Shown piece by piece: positions 16,424-25,690 of a stretch of 54,689 nucleotides of DNA (positions within the stretch are counted from its first letter, which is position 1; every line of letters starts with the position of its first letter). Source of the stretch: a virus (Duplodnaviria > Caudoviricetes); IMG/VR virus record IMGVR_UViG_3300008113_000294, positions 1 to 54,689 of that record. One strand, 5' to 3'. The position numbers were made by a program, and so were the translations under genes. The notes under the pieces are model-generated. The model was not told the DNA's origin. It ran no database searches and saw nothing but the letters and a program-made list of their open reading frames with translations.

Positions 16424-17842
16424 ATGCCGACAACCGTAAATTTACGCAAAATTCTTGACAGAAAACAGTTTGAGTTTGCAACGCCTGCTCCAGTAGCTAC
16501 TGCTGCTGGTATGTGTATTTGTTCAAGCCGCCACTATAGGCAGCAGCAGTTATATTTAACCAGCAACACTGTTGCTTATATTTTTAACCCATTAGAAGAT
16601 GGATTTACTCAGATACCATCCCCGGCTCTTGCTGGAACTTTTGGAGCAGGAGCGGCGGCTGTTTCTTCGGCAGTCGGTCCGTCCGGCACGGCAACAGGTG
16701 GCTCAACAACAACGGTTGCAACTGGCTTAAACTTACAGCGGGATTTACGCGGCTATTCAATCCACATTACGGGCGGTCCCGGCGCTGGTGACGTGCGAAC
16801 GATTGCTAGCAATACATTAGGGGCAACTGCTACAATCACTGTTACCAGTGCTTTTAGCGCCACAATAACTTCCTCCTCTACATATCGCCTATTGACGCCG
16901 CGTTGGTACGTTGTTGGCGCTGGTACGCTTGCCTCAGGCTCATTTAAACATTACGACCTAGCAACAAACACATGGACAACCTTAGTAAACACGGGATTGC
17001 CTGCAACGATTGGTACGGATAGCAAGTTGGTTTCAACGCCTAGCTGGATTCTGACGGGCTTTAACTCTTTTGCAACAGGAACCGCAACGGCTGGAGCTGG
17101 AACAACTTTAACAAACAGCGGCAAGGCATGGACAACAAACCAGTGGGCAAACTATCAAGTGCGCATCACCGCTGGTACTGGCTTAGGTCAAATAAGAACG
17201 ATTGCAAGCAACACAGGAACGGTTTTAACTGTTTCAGCGGCTTGGACTACAAACCCAGATGCAACGTCTCAATACTCCATTGAGGGTAACGACGATTTTA
17301 TTTATTATATGGGTAACAACGCTGTTACTCTTTATCGTTACAGCATTAGTGCCAACACTTGGACAACTTTATCGCCGGGGGCAGCACGAGCGGCAGCGCC
17401 GGGCGCGGGTATGTCTGGCCATTGGGTTTATGCGGCAACGGATGCGGCTTGGACGGCGGAGAACGCAATCCTTAACGGCAGGCGTATTTACTCTTTCCGG
17501 GGCGGCGGCAGTGCTGTTTTAGATTATTACGATATCGCAGCCAACACATGGGTTAGCGGCGTGCCGTATAGTCCCTTAACGGAAACGTTCACCACTGGGA
17601 CTAAGTACGTTTATTATAAAGACTTTCTTTATATAACAAAAGAAAACACCGGGCGTTGGTTTAAATTCAATATCGTGACTGGTGAAATGGATGGATGGGG
17701 GACAATGCTTTACCCGCAAGGAACGGCTGTTGTCGGTGATACTGCTTTTGATGTCACCTATGTCGACGGTGCAACAGAGGTTGAATTTATTTATATGCTG
17801 CTCAACACTTCAAGTGTGATGTTGCGGCAATTTGACATATGA
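16424..17842 (+). CDS. Putative structural protein with Kelch/beta-propeller-like and duplicated beta inserts
   Basis: Three Y.I/L..NTW motifs and two IT.G.G.G..RTIASNT repeats. Confidence 0.6.
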   Translation: MPTTVNLRKILDRKQFEFATPAPVATAAGMCICSSRHYRQQQLYLTSNTVAYIFNPLEDGFTQIPSPALAGTFGAGAAAVSSAVGPSGTATGGSTTTVATGLNLQRDLRGYSIHITGGPGAGDVRTIASNTLGATATITVTSAFSATITSSSTYRLLTPRWYVVGAGTLASGSFKHYDLATNTWTTLVNTGLPATIGTDSKLVSTPSWILTGFNSFATGTATAGAGTTLTNSGKAWTTNQWANYQVRITAGTGLGQIRTIASNTGTVLTVSAAWTTNPDATSQYSIEGNDDFIYYMGNNAVTLYRYSISANTWTTLSPGAARAAAPGAGMSGHWVYAATDAAWTAENAILNGRRIYSFRGGGSAVLDYYDIAANTWVSGVPYSPLTETFTTGTKYVYYKDFLYITKENTGRWFKFNIVTGEMDGWGTMLYPQGTAVVGDTAFDVTYVDGATEVEFIYMLLNTSSVMLRQFDI

Positions 17843-18471
17843 GTTTGTTATTACTTTTTAATGGAGGCGCTGGCGGAGGCGGCAATTCGTACACCCTGCC
17901 CACAAATCCGGGTGACTTTGTATTCTCTGGTATCCCCGTTAATATTCTTGCTGGAAAAAAAATAACAGGGGATGCAGGCGGCATAGCATTAACAGGCGTT
18001 AATGCCCCACTATTATTAGGGAAAAGAATTTTTATAAACTCAGCATCATTTACATCCAGCGGCGTTGATGCTTCCACGGTTATCAATAGAATATTAAATG
18101 CGAGTTTAGGCGCTTTTAATTCTGTATTTTTTGGCGCATCTATTCTCATTGGAAAAAAATTTCTTGCTGCTGGCGGCGCGTTTTCTGCTGTAGGCACTGC
18201 CATCTTACTGCGCAAAGGATTTGTTTTAAAATCAGACCAAGGAACTTTTACGCGGTCAAGCCCTAATGTGGGTCTGTTTTTTCAGCGGCTGTTAAGCGGT
18301 GAGCGTGGAACGTTCACTATAAGCGGAATTGATATTTTATTTCAGCGAGCCGGGCAACCGCCAAGCTATAGGCGTGTAAAGACTATTTTTGAATCTAGAT
18401 TTATTAAAGTCAATCCTGTATTAAGAAAGGTAAGCATTGAGTTTTTAGAACGAATTGTGAGGGTAAAATGA
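17839..18471 (+). CDS. Putative structural protein with repeated beta motifs
   Basis: Repeated G.F...G...L..G units. Confidence 0.55.
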   Translation: MSLLLLFNGGAGGGGNSYTLPTNPGDFVFSGIPVNILAGKKITGDAGGIALTGVNAPLLLGKRIFINSASFTSSGVDASTVINRILNASLGAFNSVFFGASILIGKKFLAAGGAFSAVGTAILLRKGFVLKSDQGTFTRSSPNVGLFFQRLLSGERGTFTISGIDILFQRAGQPPSYRRVKTIFESRFIKVNPVLRKVSIEFLERIVRVK

Positions 18472-18746
18472 CATTGCTACAATTCCCGGCTAAAGATTCA
18501 GACGAAGTTCTCGACTATCAAATAGACTGGGCCGCGAATTTAGCCGCTGGCGAAACTATTTCTACCTCAACATTTACGGTTGATAATGGCCTTACTATCC
18601 AGAGCCAATCAAACACCACAACAGTAACTACCGTATGGCTTGCCGCTGGCACAGAGGGTTTGACCGCAAAGATTCTTAACCGGGTTACTACATCAGGTGG
18701 GCGCACCATGGATCAGACCGTCACCTTGCCGATTAGAAAAAAATAA
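18468..18746 (+). CDS. Small fibre/tail adaptor-like structural protein
   Basis: KD.DEVLDY.IDW...L..GETI..S; TVWL..G..G; RVTTS.GRT.D. Confidence 0.65.
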   Translation: MTLLQFPAKDSDEVLDYQIDWAANLAAGETISTSTFTVDNGLTIQSQSNTTTVTTVWLAAGTEGLTAKILNRVTTSGGRTMDQTVTLPIRKK

Positions 18747-18827
18747 GCGACTCGCTAAAATCCAGCCACTGTATTCCCTTGACGCATTCGCTTCTGATAG
18801 AATCGGTTAAATTCATAGGTATTAATC

Positions 18828-19292
18828 ATGACTTGGACATTCAGCGGCGATCCGTCATATTCCTTACTCGACCACGTTCGCAGCCTGATAGGCGATATTG
18901 ATTCTACGGATCAGCTTGTTAGCGATGAAATTATCAACTTCCAGTTAACGCAAAATGCTAACGATGTTTTTCTTGCGTCTGAGGCTGTTTGTTTGGGGTT
19001 GGCCGCTAAGTTTGCCCGCAAGGTTGATACCTCTGTTGAATCGGTGCGCGTTGCCTATAGCAGCCTTCATAAGCAATACATTGAGATGGCGCGGCGCTAC
19101 AAGCAGCAGGCGGCGAACTCCTCCTCTACATCGGGCGGCGGCGGCATTGGTATTCCTATTGTTGCTGGGATTAGTATTTCTGAAAGCGATTCGCTCAAAG
19201 AAGATTCAGACCTGATACAGCCGCGTTTTGAGCGCGATCAGTTTGATAATGATATGTCCTATGAGGATAGCCGCTGGAGGCGCAACCCATGA
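18828..19292 (+). CDS. Head-tail connector/adaptor
   Basis: MTWT.SGDP....D.VR.LIGD.D....L.SDE.I; position. Confidence 0.75.
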   Translation: MTWTFSGDPSYSLLDHVRSLIGDIDSTDQLVSDEIINFQLTQNANDVFLASEAVCLGLAAKFARKVDTSVESVRVAYSSLHKQYIEMARRYKQQAANSSSTSGGGGIGIPIVAGISISESDSLKEDSDLIQPRFERDQFDNDMSYEDSRWRRNP

Positions 19293-19645
19293 CAACGCTT
19301 GCCCTTGCATCGTATCAGCTTTTACGTGACCTTGGCAAAACGTACAGCCTAAAAAAAAATGCTACTGGCGCATATAATACGGGAACCGGGCAATCAACTG
19401 TTACGGTCACAAGCTCAGACTTTACCGGGAAGCTCATAGAATACCGCAACAATGATGTTGATGGTACGAATATACAACGAGGCGATAGGCGCTTGCTGGT
19501 TTCCGCTGCATCCCTTGCAAGCGGCATCGTGCCTGAAAATCAGGACGTTGTGACGGGTGACGGCAACGACATGAATATTATCTCTGTGCAAAAGATAGAG
19601 GAAGGCGGAACCGTTGTTATTTATCTGTGCCAGGTGCGCACATGA
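19289..19645 (+). CDS. Head closure/completion protein
   Basis: G.YN..TG; DGT.IQ.GD.RL; ends Y.CQVR. Confidence 0.7.
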   Translation: MTTLALASYQLLRDLGKTYSLKKNATGAYNTGTGQSTVTVTSSDFTGKLIEYRNNDVDGTNIQRGDRRLLVSAASLASGIVPENQDVVTGDGNDMNIISVQKIEEGGTVVIYLCQVRT

Positions 19646-20130
19646 TAAAGGGAAACTTTGGCGATTTTAGCAATCAAATAGGCAAGCTCATTGATGGCTA
19701 TAAAGGCCGCATGGATGCTCTGGTGCAAACGGCAACGTTTGATTTGTTTGAAACAATTGTAAAAAGGACGCCGGGACCCGGTAACAGCATTCAGAAAAAA
19801 CCCGCGCCGGGAACACCTACCGGATTCTTGCGCGGCTCTTGGTATGTCTCAATTGGTAGTGATAGCGGTGCAAGCAAGGGCAGACCGGACCCATCGGGCG
19901 GTGTCACTATTGCCTCAATTAATGCCGGGCTAAGCAAGGCAAAAGCGGGCGATACCATTTACTTTCTCAACGCGGCAAAGTATGCGCTGCGCTTAGAGTT
20001 TGGGTTTGTTGGCACTGATAGTTTGGGGCGCACCTACAATCAAGCGCCGCGCTCTTTTGTGCGCTCCTCTGCTGCTGAATTCCCTAAGATTTTAGCGGAA
20101 GCCGCGCAGCGTATAGCGGCGAAGGCTTAA
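19642..20130 (+). CDS. Neck/tail completion protein (HK97 gp10-like)
   Basis: TG.LRGSW.VS; IY..N...YA.RLEFG; QAP..FVR. Confidence 0.75.
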   Translation: MIKGNFGDFSNQIGKLIDGYKGRMDALVQTATFDLFETIVKRTPGPGNSIQKKPAPGTPTGFLRGSWYVSIGSDSGASKGRPDPSGGVTIASINAGLSKAKAGDTIYFLNAAKYALRLEFGFVGTDSLGRTYNQAPRSFVRSSAAEFPKILAEAAQRIAAKA

Positions 20131-20134
20131 GAGC

Positions 20135-20563
20135 ATGAGCGCATTCACATCCGCACGAAAAGCCCTAGAGGCGCAGCTAGCCGGAACAGCTGGGATACCC
20201 GCCGATGCGGGCGTGCCGCGCATTGCATGGGATAACGTAGAATTCAAAGTTCCTAATAAGCTAGCCTGGCTGCGCTCAACCTTCCAGCCGATTGATAGGC
20301 GCACTGTTGCTGTTGGCGCTAATGCCCCGTACTTGCATCAAGGCTTATATCTGATTGATTGCTACGCTGCCCTTAATGGCGGCCCCAATGCCGCCGATGC
20401 GCTGGCTGATTTAGTGCTTGCCCGGTTTTCTCACGGCCTAGGATTAACAGACGGCGGCTATACTGTTAGAATACGATACGCAGAGAGAAATCAGGGCATT
20501 GTAGATGCCCCGTGGTATTTCGTACCCGTTACGGTTTCCTGGTATCTCTACGAGCATTTATAA
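20135..20563 (+). CDS. Tail terminator protein
   Basis: IAW.NV.F; G.Y.ID.Y; WY.VPVTV.W; position before the tube gene. Confidence 0.7.
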   Translation: MSAFTSARKALEAQLAGTAGIPADAGVPRIAWDNVEFKVPNKLAWLRSTFQPIDRRTVAVGANAPYLHQGLYLIDCYAALNGGPNAADALADLVLARFSHGLGLTDGGYTVRIRYAERNQGIVDAPWYFVPVTVSWYLYEHL

Positions 20564-20584
20564 ATTTAAAGAGGAGTACGGGAT

Positions 20585-21490
20585 ATGCCGTTTTCACAAG
20601 GTTCTCGTTCTGAGTTGGCATACGTTGTAGAAACAACTTTTGGCACTACACCGAGTACGCCTGCAATGATTGCTTTGCCCTTTAGCACAAGCGATTTAAA
20701 TCTGTCTAAAGAAATTCTGCAATCGCCGGATATTCGCGCCGACCGCGCCGTTGATTATTATCGCCACGGCAATCGTCAAATAGGCGGCGATATAGCCTTT
20801 GCGTTGCGAGCGGATGATTTGGATGATGTTTTAGAAAGTGCATTTTTCAGCACTTTTTCTTCAAACGTTTTAAAAATTGGCACAACCCAGCAGTCTTTAA
20901 CGATTGAAGAGCGGTCACTTGATATTACTCAATTCCGCCGCTTTACTGGATGCGTGGTGTCGCAGTTGCAAGTTAATTGCCAAGTAAACGCTACAGTGAA
21001 TTGCACGGCGTCGATTGTGGGCAAAGACATGACTACATCCACTTCCCCGCTGGATGCATCTATTACTGCATATAGTGCAAACGATCCGTTTGATACTTAT
21101 TCTGGCGCAATCACAGAAGGCGGCAGCACGATTGCTATTGTGACCTCTGTTAACTTTTCGATTCAAAACAACGTAAGCCCCACATTCGTTTTGGGTTCTG
21201 CTGCAACGCCGCAGCTTGAATATGGCCGCAGCATTGTCACCGGAACGTTAGAGGCATACTTTCAGGATATGGCCTTGATGAACAAGTTTCTAAACGAAAC
21301 GGAATCATCGTTACAGATTGCAATGACTACCCCTAGCGCCGCTGATACATACACATGGCTATTCCCGCGCATCAAATACAACGGCGGCAGCGTGCCGATT
21401 GCCAATGAGCAAAGCCGCATTATCAGCATGCCTTTTGCTGCGCTGTACGATAGCAGCACTGCAACAATGGTGCGCCTCACTAAATCGTAA
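20585..21490 (+). CDS. Major tail tube protein
   Basis: LAYV.ETTFGTTP; VTGTL.AYF.D..L..KF.NETE; GAGGAG RBS. Confidence 0.85.
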   Translation: MPFSQGSRSELAYVVETTFGTTPSTPAMIALPFSTSDLNLSKEILQSPDIRADRAVDYYRHGNRQIGGDIAFALRADDLDDVLESAFFSTFSSNVLKIGTTQQSLTIEERSLDITQFRRFTGCVVSQLQVNCQVNATVNCTASIVGKDMTTSTSPLDASITAYSANDPFDTYSGAITEGGSTIAIVTSVNFSIQNNVSPTFVLGSAATPQLEYGRSIVTGTLEAYFQDMALMNKFLNETESSLQIAMTTPSAADTYTWLFPRIKYNGGSVPIANEQSRIISMPFAALYDSSTATMVRLTKS

Positions 21491-21521
21491 TACCCTTTCT
21501 ATCTCCTCTCCATGTCAACTA

Positions 21522-21556
21522 GGGCGGTTCTTTAAAACAGAGCCGCCCCCTTTTTT
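21522..21556 (+). terminator. Rho-independent terminator after the tube gene
   Basis: GGGCGGTTCT/AGAGCCGCCC stem followed by a T-tract. Confidence 0.7.
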
Positions 21557-21625
21557 GTTTGCTTTTTATTTTGCGCAAGATAGAATAAACAAAATGTTTT
21601 CTTTATATAGATGGAGCAATAATTT

Positions 21626-22033
21626 ATGACTGATTTATCCGTGTTTAAGACTGATATTGCCGGGTCATGGCTTACAGTTACACACCCTGTTACAGGCTCA
21701 ACGTTAGAAACCGCTGATGGAAAACCCGTAAGGATTCGCGTTGTTAGCCTGCAATCCGACCAGTGCCAAAAAGTCACAGCCCAGTTACACAACGAGCGGG
21801 AAAAGAAACGTCTTAGCAATCGGAAATACTTTCAAACCGCAGAGGAATTGCAAGAGGGTCTTTTAAAGCTGCTGGCCGCTGCAACGCTAGAGTTTGACAA
21901 TCTGGAATACAACGGCGAGCTTTTGAAAGCCACAAGCGAAAACGCCTATAAAATCTATAAAGAATTGCCTTGGCTGCGCGAACAGGTGGAACGCTTCATT
22001 GAGGAGTGGTCAAGTTTTTTGCCGAAGGCATAG
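21626..22033 (+). CDS. Tail assembly chaperone (gpG-like)
   Basis: HPVTG..L; PWLREQV..FI....F; position between tube and tape measure. Confidence 0.8.
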   Translation: MTDLSVFKTDIAGSWLTVTHPVTGSTLETADGKPVRIRVVSLQSDQCQKVTAQLHNEREKKRLSNRKYFQTAEELQEGLLKLLAAATLEFDNLEYNGELLKATSENAYKIYKELPWLREQVERFIEEWSSFLPKA

Positions 22034-22386
22034 AAGAGCTACGCGCCTTTGCTGAGGCGCAATTTTCTATGTCATTCCCGATAGGCGATGGCGGCGTTTC
22101 AGAGCGCGAGCATCTCTTAAAAATGGCAGAACAACACGATATAGTTGACCCTAGGCTTTTGGTGCAACTGCCTATTGATATGGCCGGGTATTGGAATTAT
22201 TACTGCCTGCTATCGCAAGGGCGCTCCTCAGACAAGCCCATCACCTACACCGATATAGTGTCTTTCTGTCAACTTTATGGCCTCAGGTTCTCAATCTACA
22301 CCATCCATGTTATAAAAGAGCTGGATGTTTTATGGCTTGATATGCAGTCAAAGAACATGCGGGAAAGGATGCGTAAAAATGGCTGA
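22015..22386 (+). CDS. Tail assembly chaperone gpGT-like extension via -1 frameshift
   Basis: Slippery T TTT TTG at 22015-22021; -1 frame open to 22386 with PITY.DI..F..LYG and I.ELD..W. Confidence 0.7.
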   Translation, partial: FFAEGIEELRAFAEAQFSMSFPIGDGGVSEREHLLKMAEQHDIVDPRLLVQLPIDMAGYWNYYCLLSQGRSSDKPITYTDIVSFCQLYGLRFSIYTIHVIKELDVLWLDMQSKNMRERMRKNG

Positions 22387-24711
22387 TCTTGCTAAGCTAC
22401 AGATTGCTGTTGATACAACGCAAGTACGCACCGCGATTAAAGACCTAGAGAATTTACAGGCAGCAACAAAAAGGTTTAGTGACGGCACAGCGGGCGCGGC
22501 GCAGAAATCCACCTCAGCTCTTAACACGATAACAGGCGGCACGTCTGGCGCTGCTAAGGCTGTAAACGATAACATGCAGCGGGCTGCGCTTAGCATGACA
22601 AATTTCAGCGCGGCAACTTCCAGTGCTTTAAATTCTGCGCAGAAAAATTTCACAGGTGTAAGCACCGCCGCTGCTGCAACATCAAGCAATGTTTCTGGCG
22701 TCTTTGGACGCATGGTTAATTCCGTATCAAGTGGCCTAAGTGGTCTTTCAACCCGTTTAGGCGATACCCTGTCCCCGCTCAATAGGTTGACGGGTGCATT
22801 CCGGGCGGTTAACGAAGCGGCTCTCTCTGTCTTTCTAGTGTAGAAACTTTGACGGGTTCTGCAAAAGAAGCGAATGAAACATACGGTTATTTGTTTAAAA
22901 CCGCGCAAAAAATGAGCATCCCTTTTGATGACTTATCAAGAAGCTATTCTAAACTTTTGCCGCTTATAAACAACGGTGTTTTGACCACTAAGCAAGGCCG
23001 TGACATCTTAGAAGGGCTGGCCGATACGGCTGCTGCAACTGGCGCAACTACCGAACAGCTCAATCAATCCATGTACGGTTTGGCGCAGGCGTTAACATCA
23101 CCAAAAGTGCAGGCGCAGGAACTGAATCAGATTATCGAGCCTTTGCCTGGCTTACTGCAAAACTTGGATGCAGCAGCTGCCTTGCCCGCTGGTGGTTTTA
23201 GAAAGCTGGTTAACGAGGGTAAAATCACGTCTCAAATCTTGGCGGAAACCTTGCCCGCAGCCTTGGCACGCTATAAGGGATCAGCGGAAGCGCAGCGCGA
23301 TTTGGTGAGTGCCTCAGCAACCCGTTTAAGTAACGAATGGACTAAGTTAAAGGCAACTTTATCTATCCCGCTTAACTTTGTTTATGCAAACTTTCTACAG
23401 GGTATCACGTTTTTGATTCGCCAAGTGAACGCTTTGATTGACGCTATAAAATCCTTAACGACTATAACTGATAGTGCCGCTGGCGGTAAGGTTGGAGATA
23501 TATCACAAAAAACTAAAGATAGGCTTGCGAAGGACTATGCCGCCTTAACGGGGGATAAGAAAGACACCGCAGGCAAGGCAAGTTTTAATTATGGCGAGTA
23601 CATAAAGAATTTGAATCAAGAGATTAGCATTCTAAAGATGGAAAGCCGCGTTGCCGATGTGGTGACTGAATCATACCGGGCTTACAACGATGCTAAAAAA
23701 GACGGCATAACGCTTAGCGGTGCGCAAGGAACTGAAATTTTTAATCTGGTGCGGCAGAAGCAACTTATAACCGAGGTTAAAGACCTAACCAAGGCCGCGA
23801 ATGATGACTTGCTTAATGCGAATGCTGAAAAGCTGAAATCCTTAACAGAGGTTGAGGCTGCTCAGCGCAATCTTTTGCGCTCAAACGAAGCAGACCGTTT
23901 AACGCAGCTTTTGCCTATTGCATCCGAACTTGAAAAGAGCGGCCAGTTAATTGGCGCTTATGATGCTATTCAAAAAAAGATTGTAGCGCTGCGCTCAATA
24001 GAGATAACAAATCCAAACGATGAAATAACCACTAGCGGCTTATTAAGTTCTGCTGAATTGCGCCTGAAAGAATTGGCGCAGACGGATGCAAAGGGCGCAG
24101 GCACGGCAATCGCGGATGCTATGACAAACGCCTTTGAAGCCGCAGACGATGCACTTGTGAACTTTGTTAAAAGCGGCAAGCTAAACTTTGGCGATCTGGC
24201 CGATAGCATTATATCTGATTTAGCACGCATCGCTATTCAGCAATCCATAACAAAGCCGCTTGCGGGCGCTTTTGGCTCTCTCTTAGGTGTGGCAGGGACG
24301 GCGCTAGGCTCTTACTTCGGCGGCGGCGGCGCGGCTGCTGCATCGTCTGGCGCGGTTGCGCAAGGCTCTACGGTTGGCAACTACACGGTGGGCGGTGGCG
24401 GGTTTACGGGTGCATCATCAACCTTGCCGGGCTTTGCTACTGGTGGCAGCTTTACCGTGGGCGGCGCTGGCGGCACTGATAGCCAAGTTGTTTCTTTCCG
24501 GGCAACGCCTGGTGAAATGGTAAACATTCAAACCCCACAAGGTGGCGGCGCGAATTCGCCTGCAATCAATCAATCCTTTACCATTGATGCACGCGGCGCT
24601 GATCCGGCTTCTATAGCGCGGCTTGATAAGGCCATTGATTCGCTATCCCGTACCATGAAAACACAAACTATATCCGCCGTGCGAGAAGCAAAAAGCCGGG
24701 GTCAATTATGA
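22379..24711 (+). CDS. Tail tape measure protein, frameshifted near 22830
   Basis: MADLA.L.I.VDT start; tape-measure domain (L.QAL...KVQA.ELNQI.E..PG); lambda-like C-terminus (F.DLA.SII.DLARIAI, FATGG). Confidence 0.85.
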
Positions 24712-25277
24712 CGCGCACTATTTCATCTTTGAATGAGGAGCAAATTTTATCCGATACTCTTGCCCCGGTTATTTTGTTTTATGCTGATTTTCCTACAGGG
24801 GCTGTTAGAGCCTGGACTGGTGTTGGCGATCTTGTTTGGGACGGTGACACATATCTTGGGGTTGGTAATCTTGGCTCTGTCTCATCGATTGAGGAAACCA
24901 TAAGCCTGCAGGCCGTTGGCGCAAAGTTTTCACTGTCCGGCATAAAAACTGAATTCATTACGCAGGTTTTAAATGATGACATTCAGGGGCGTGATTGCGT
25001 TGTTTACATCGGTTTTCTTGATTCATACGGCCAGCTAGTTGACGATCCTATTGTGCTTTTTAAGGGCTTGATGGACGTTTTATCAATTTATGAATCAGGC
25101 AATAGCACCTACGTTTCGATTGATGCCGAAAGTCTCTTGCGCGACTTTGAAGGCACGCGCACGCGCCGCTTAACGGATCAGGATCAGAAATCGGAATACC
25201 CTGGCGATAGGGGCTTAGAATACGTTGCTGGTTTACAAGAAGCCGAAATATTTTGGGGCCGCGAATATGAGAAATAG
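24708..25277 (+). CDS. Minor tail / tail-tip protein
   Basis: WTG.G.L.W.G..Y.G.G.LGS.S.IEE; LF.G.MD; DQ...YPGD.G.EYV..L. Confidence 0.75.
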   Translation: MTRTISSLNEEQILSDTLAPVILFYADFPTGAVRAWTGVGDLVWDGDTYLGVGNLGSVSSIEETISLQAVGAKFSLSGIKTEFITQVLNDDIQGRDCVVYIGFLDSYGQLVDDPIVLFKGLMDVLSIYESGNSTYVSIDAESLLRDFEGTRTRRLTDQDQKSEYPGDRGLEYVAGLQEAEIFWGREYEK

Positions 25278-25689
25278 AAAGAAGAGCTGGCGCGATGACT
25301 TTGAAAAATTCATTGATTCCTATCGTGATAAACCTTTCCGATATGGCGATTCAGATTGCTGTTTATTTATTGCTGATTGCGTAAAATCAATTTCAGAAAC
25401 GGCGCTTGACCCGGCGGCTGATTATCGCGGCCACTATGATGATGAAAATTCTGGCCGTGATGAAATCATGAATCGCCACGGTTCAATAAAGAACGCGCTT
25501 TTAAAGGCTGGCCTGATAGAGATTGATAAGAATCTCTTAATGCCATCGGATGCGGTTATATGCACGATAGGAAACTATGAAATATGCGGCGTCTGCGTAG
25601 GGCATAACATCGCTTTCATGTGCGAGAGCGGCTTAAAATTTGTGCCTGAAAGCAAGGTGCAAATAAATACTGTCATGAGGCTATTTTAA
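25267..25689 (+). CDS. Tail assembly protein, NlpC/P60-like (DUF6950-like)
   Basis: PF.YG..DCC.F.AD.V; D.AA.YRG.Y. Confidence 0.7.
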   Translation: MRNRKKSWRDDFEKFIDSYRDKPFRYGDSDCCLFIADCVKSISETALDPAADYRGHYDDENSGRDEIMNRHGSIKNALLKAGLIEIDKNLLMPSDAVICTIGNYEICGVCVGHNIAFMCESGLKFVPESKVQINTVMRLF

Positions 25690-25690
25690 G

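Noticed and set aside
18779-18803. TTGACG...TAGAAT promoter before the head-tail adaptor
   Set aside because: The spacer is only 13 bp, too short for sigma70.
22348-22908. 186-aa minus-strand ORF
   Set aside because: Antisense shadow of the Ala/Ser-rich tape measure; no RBS or motif.
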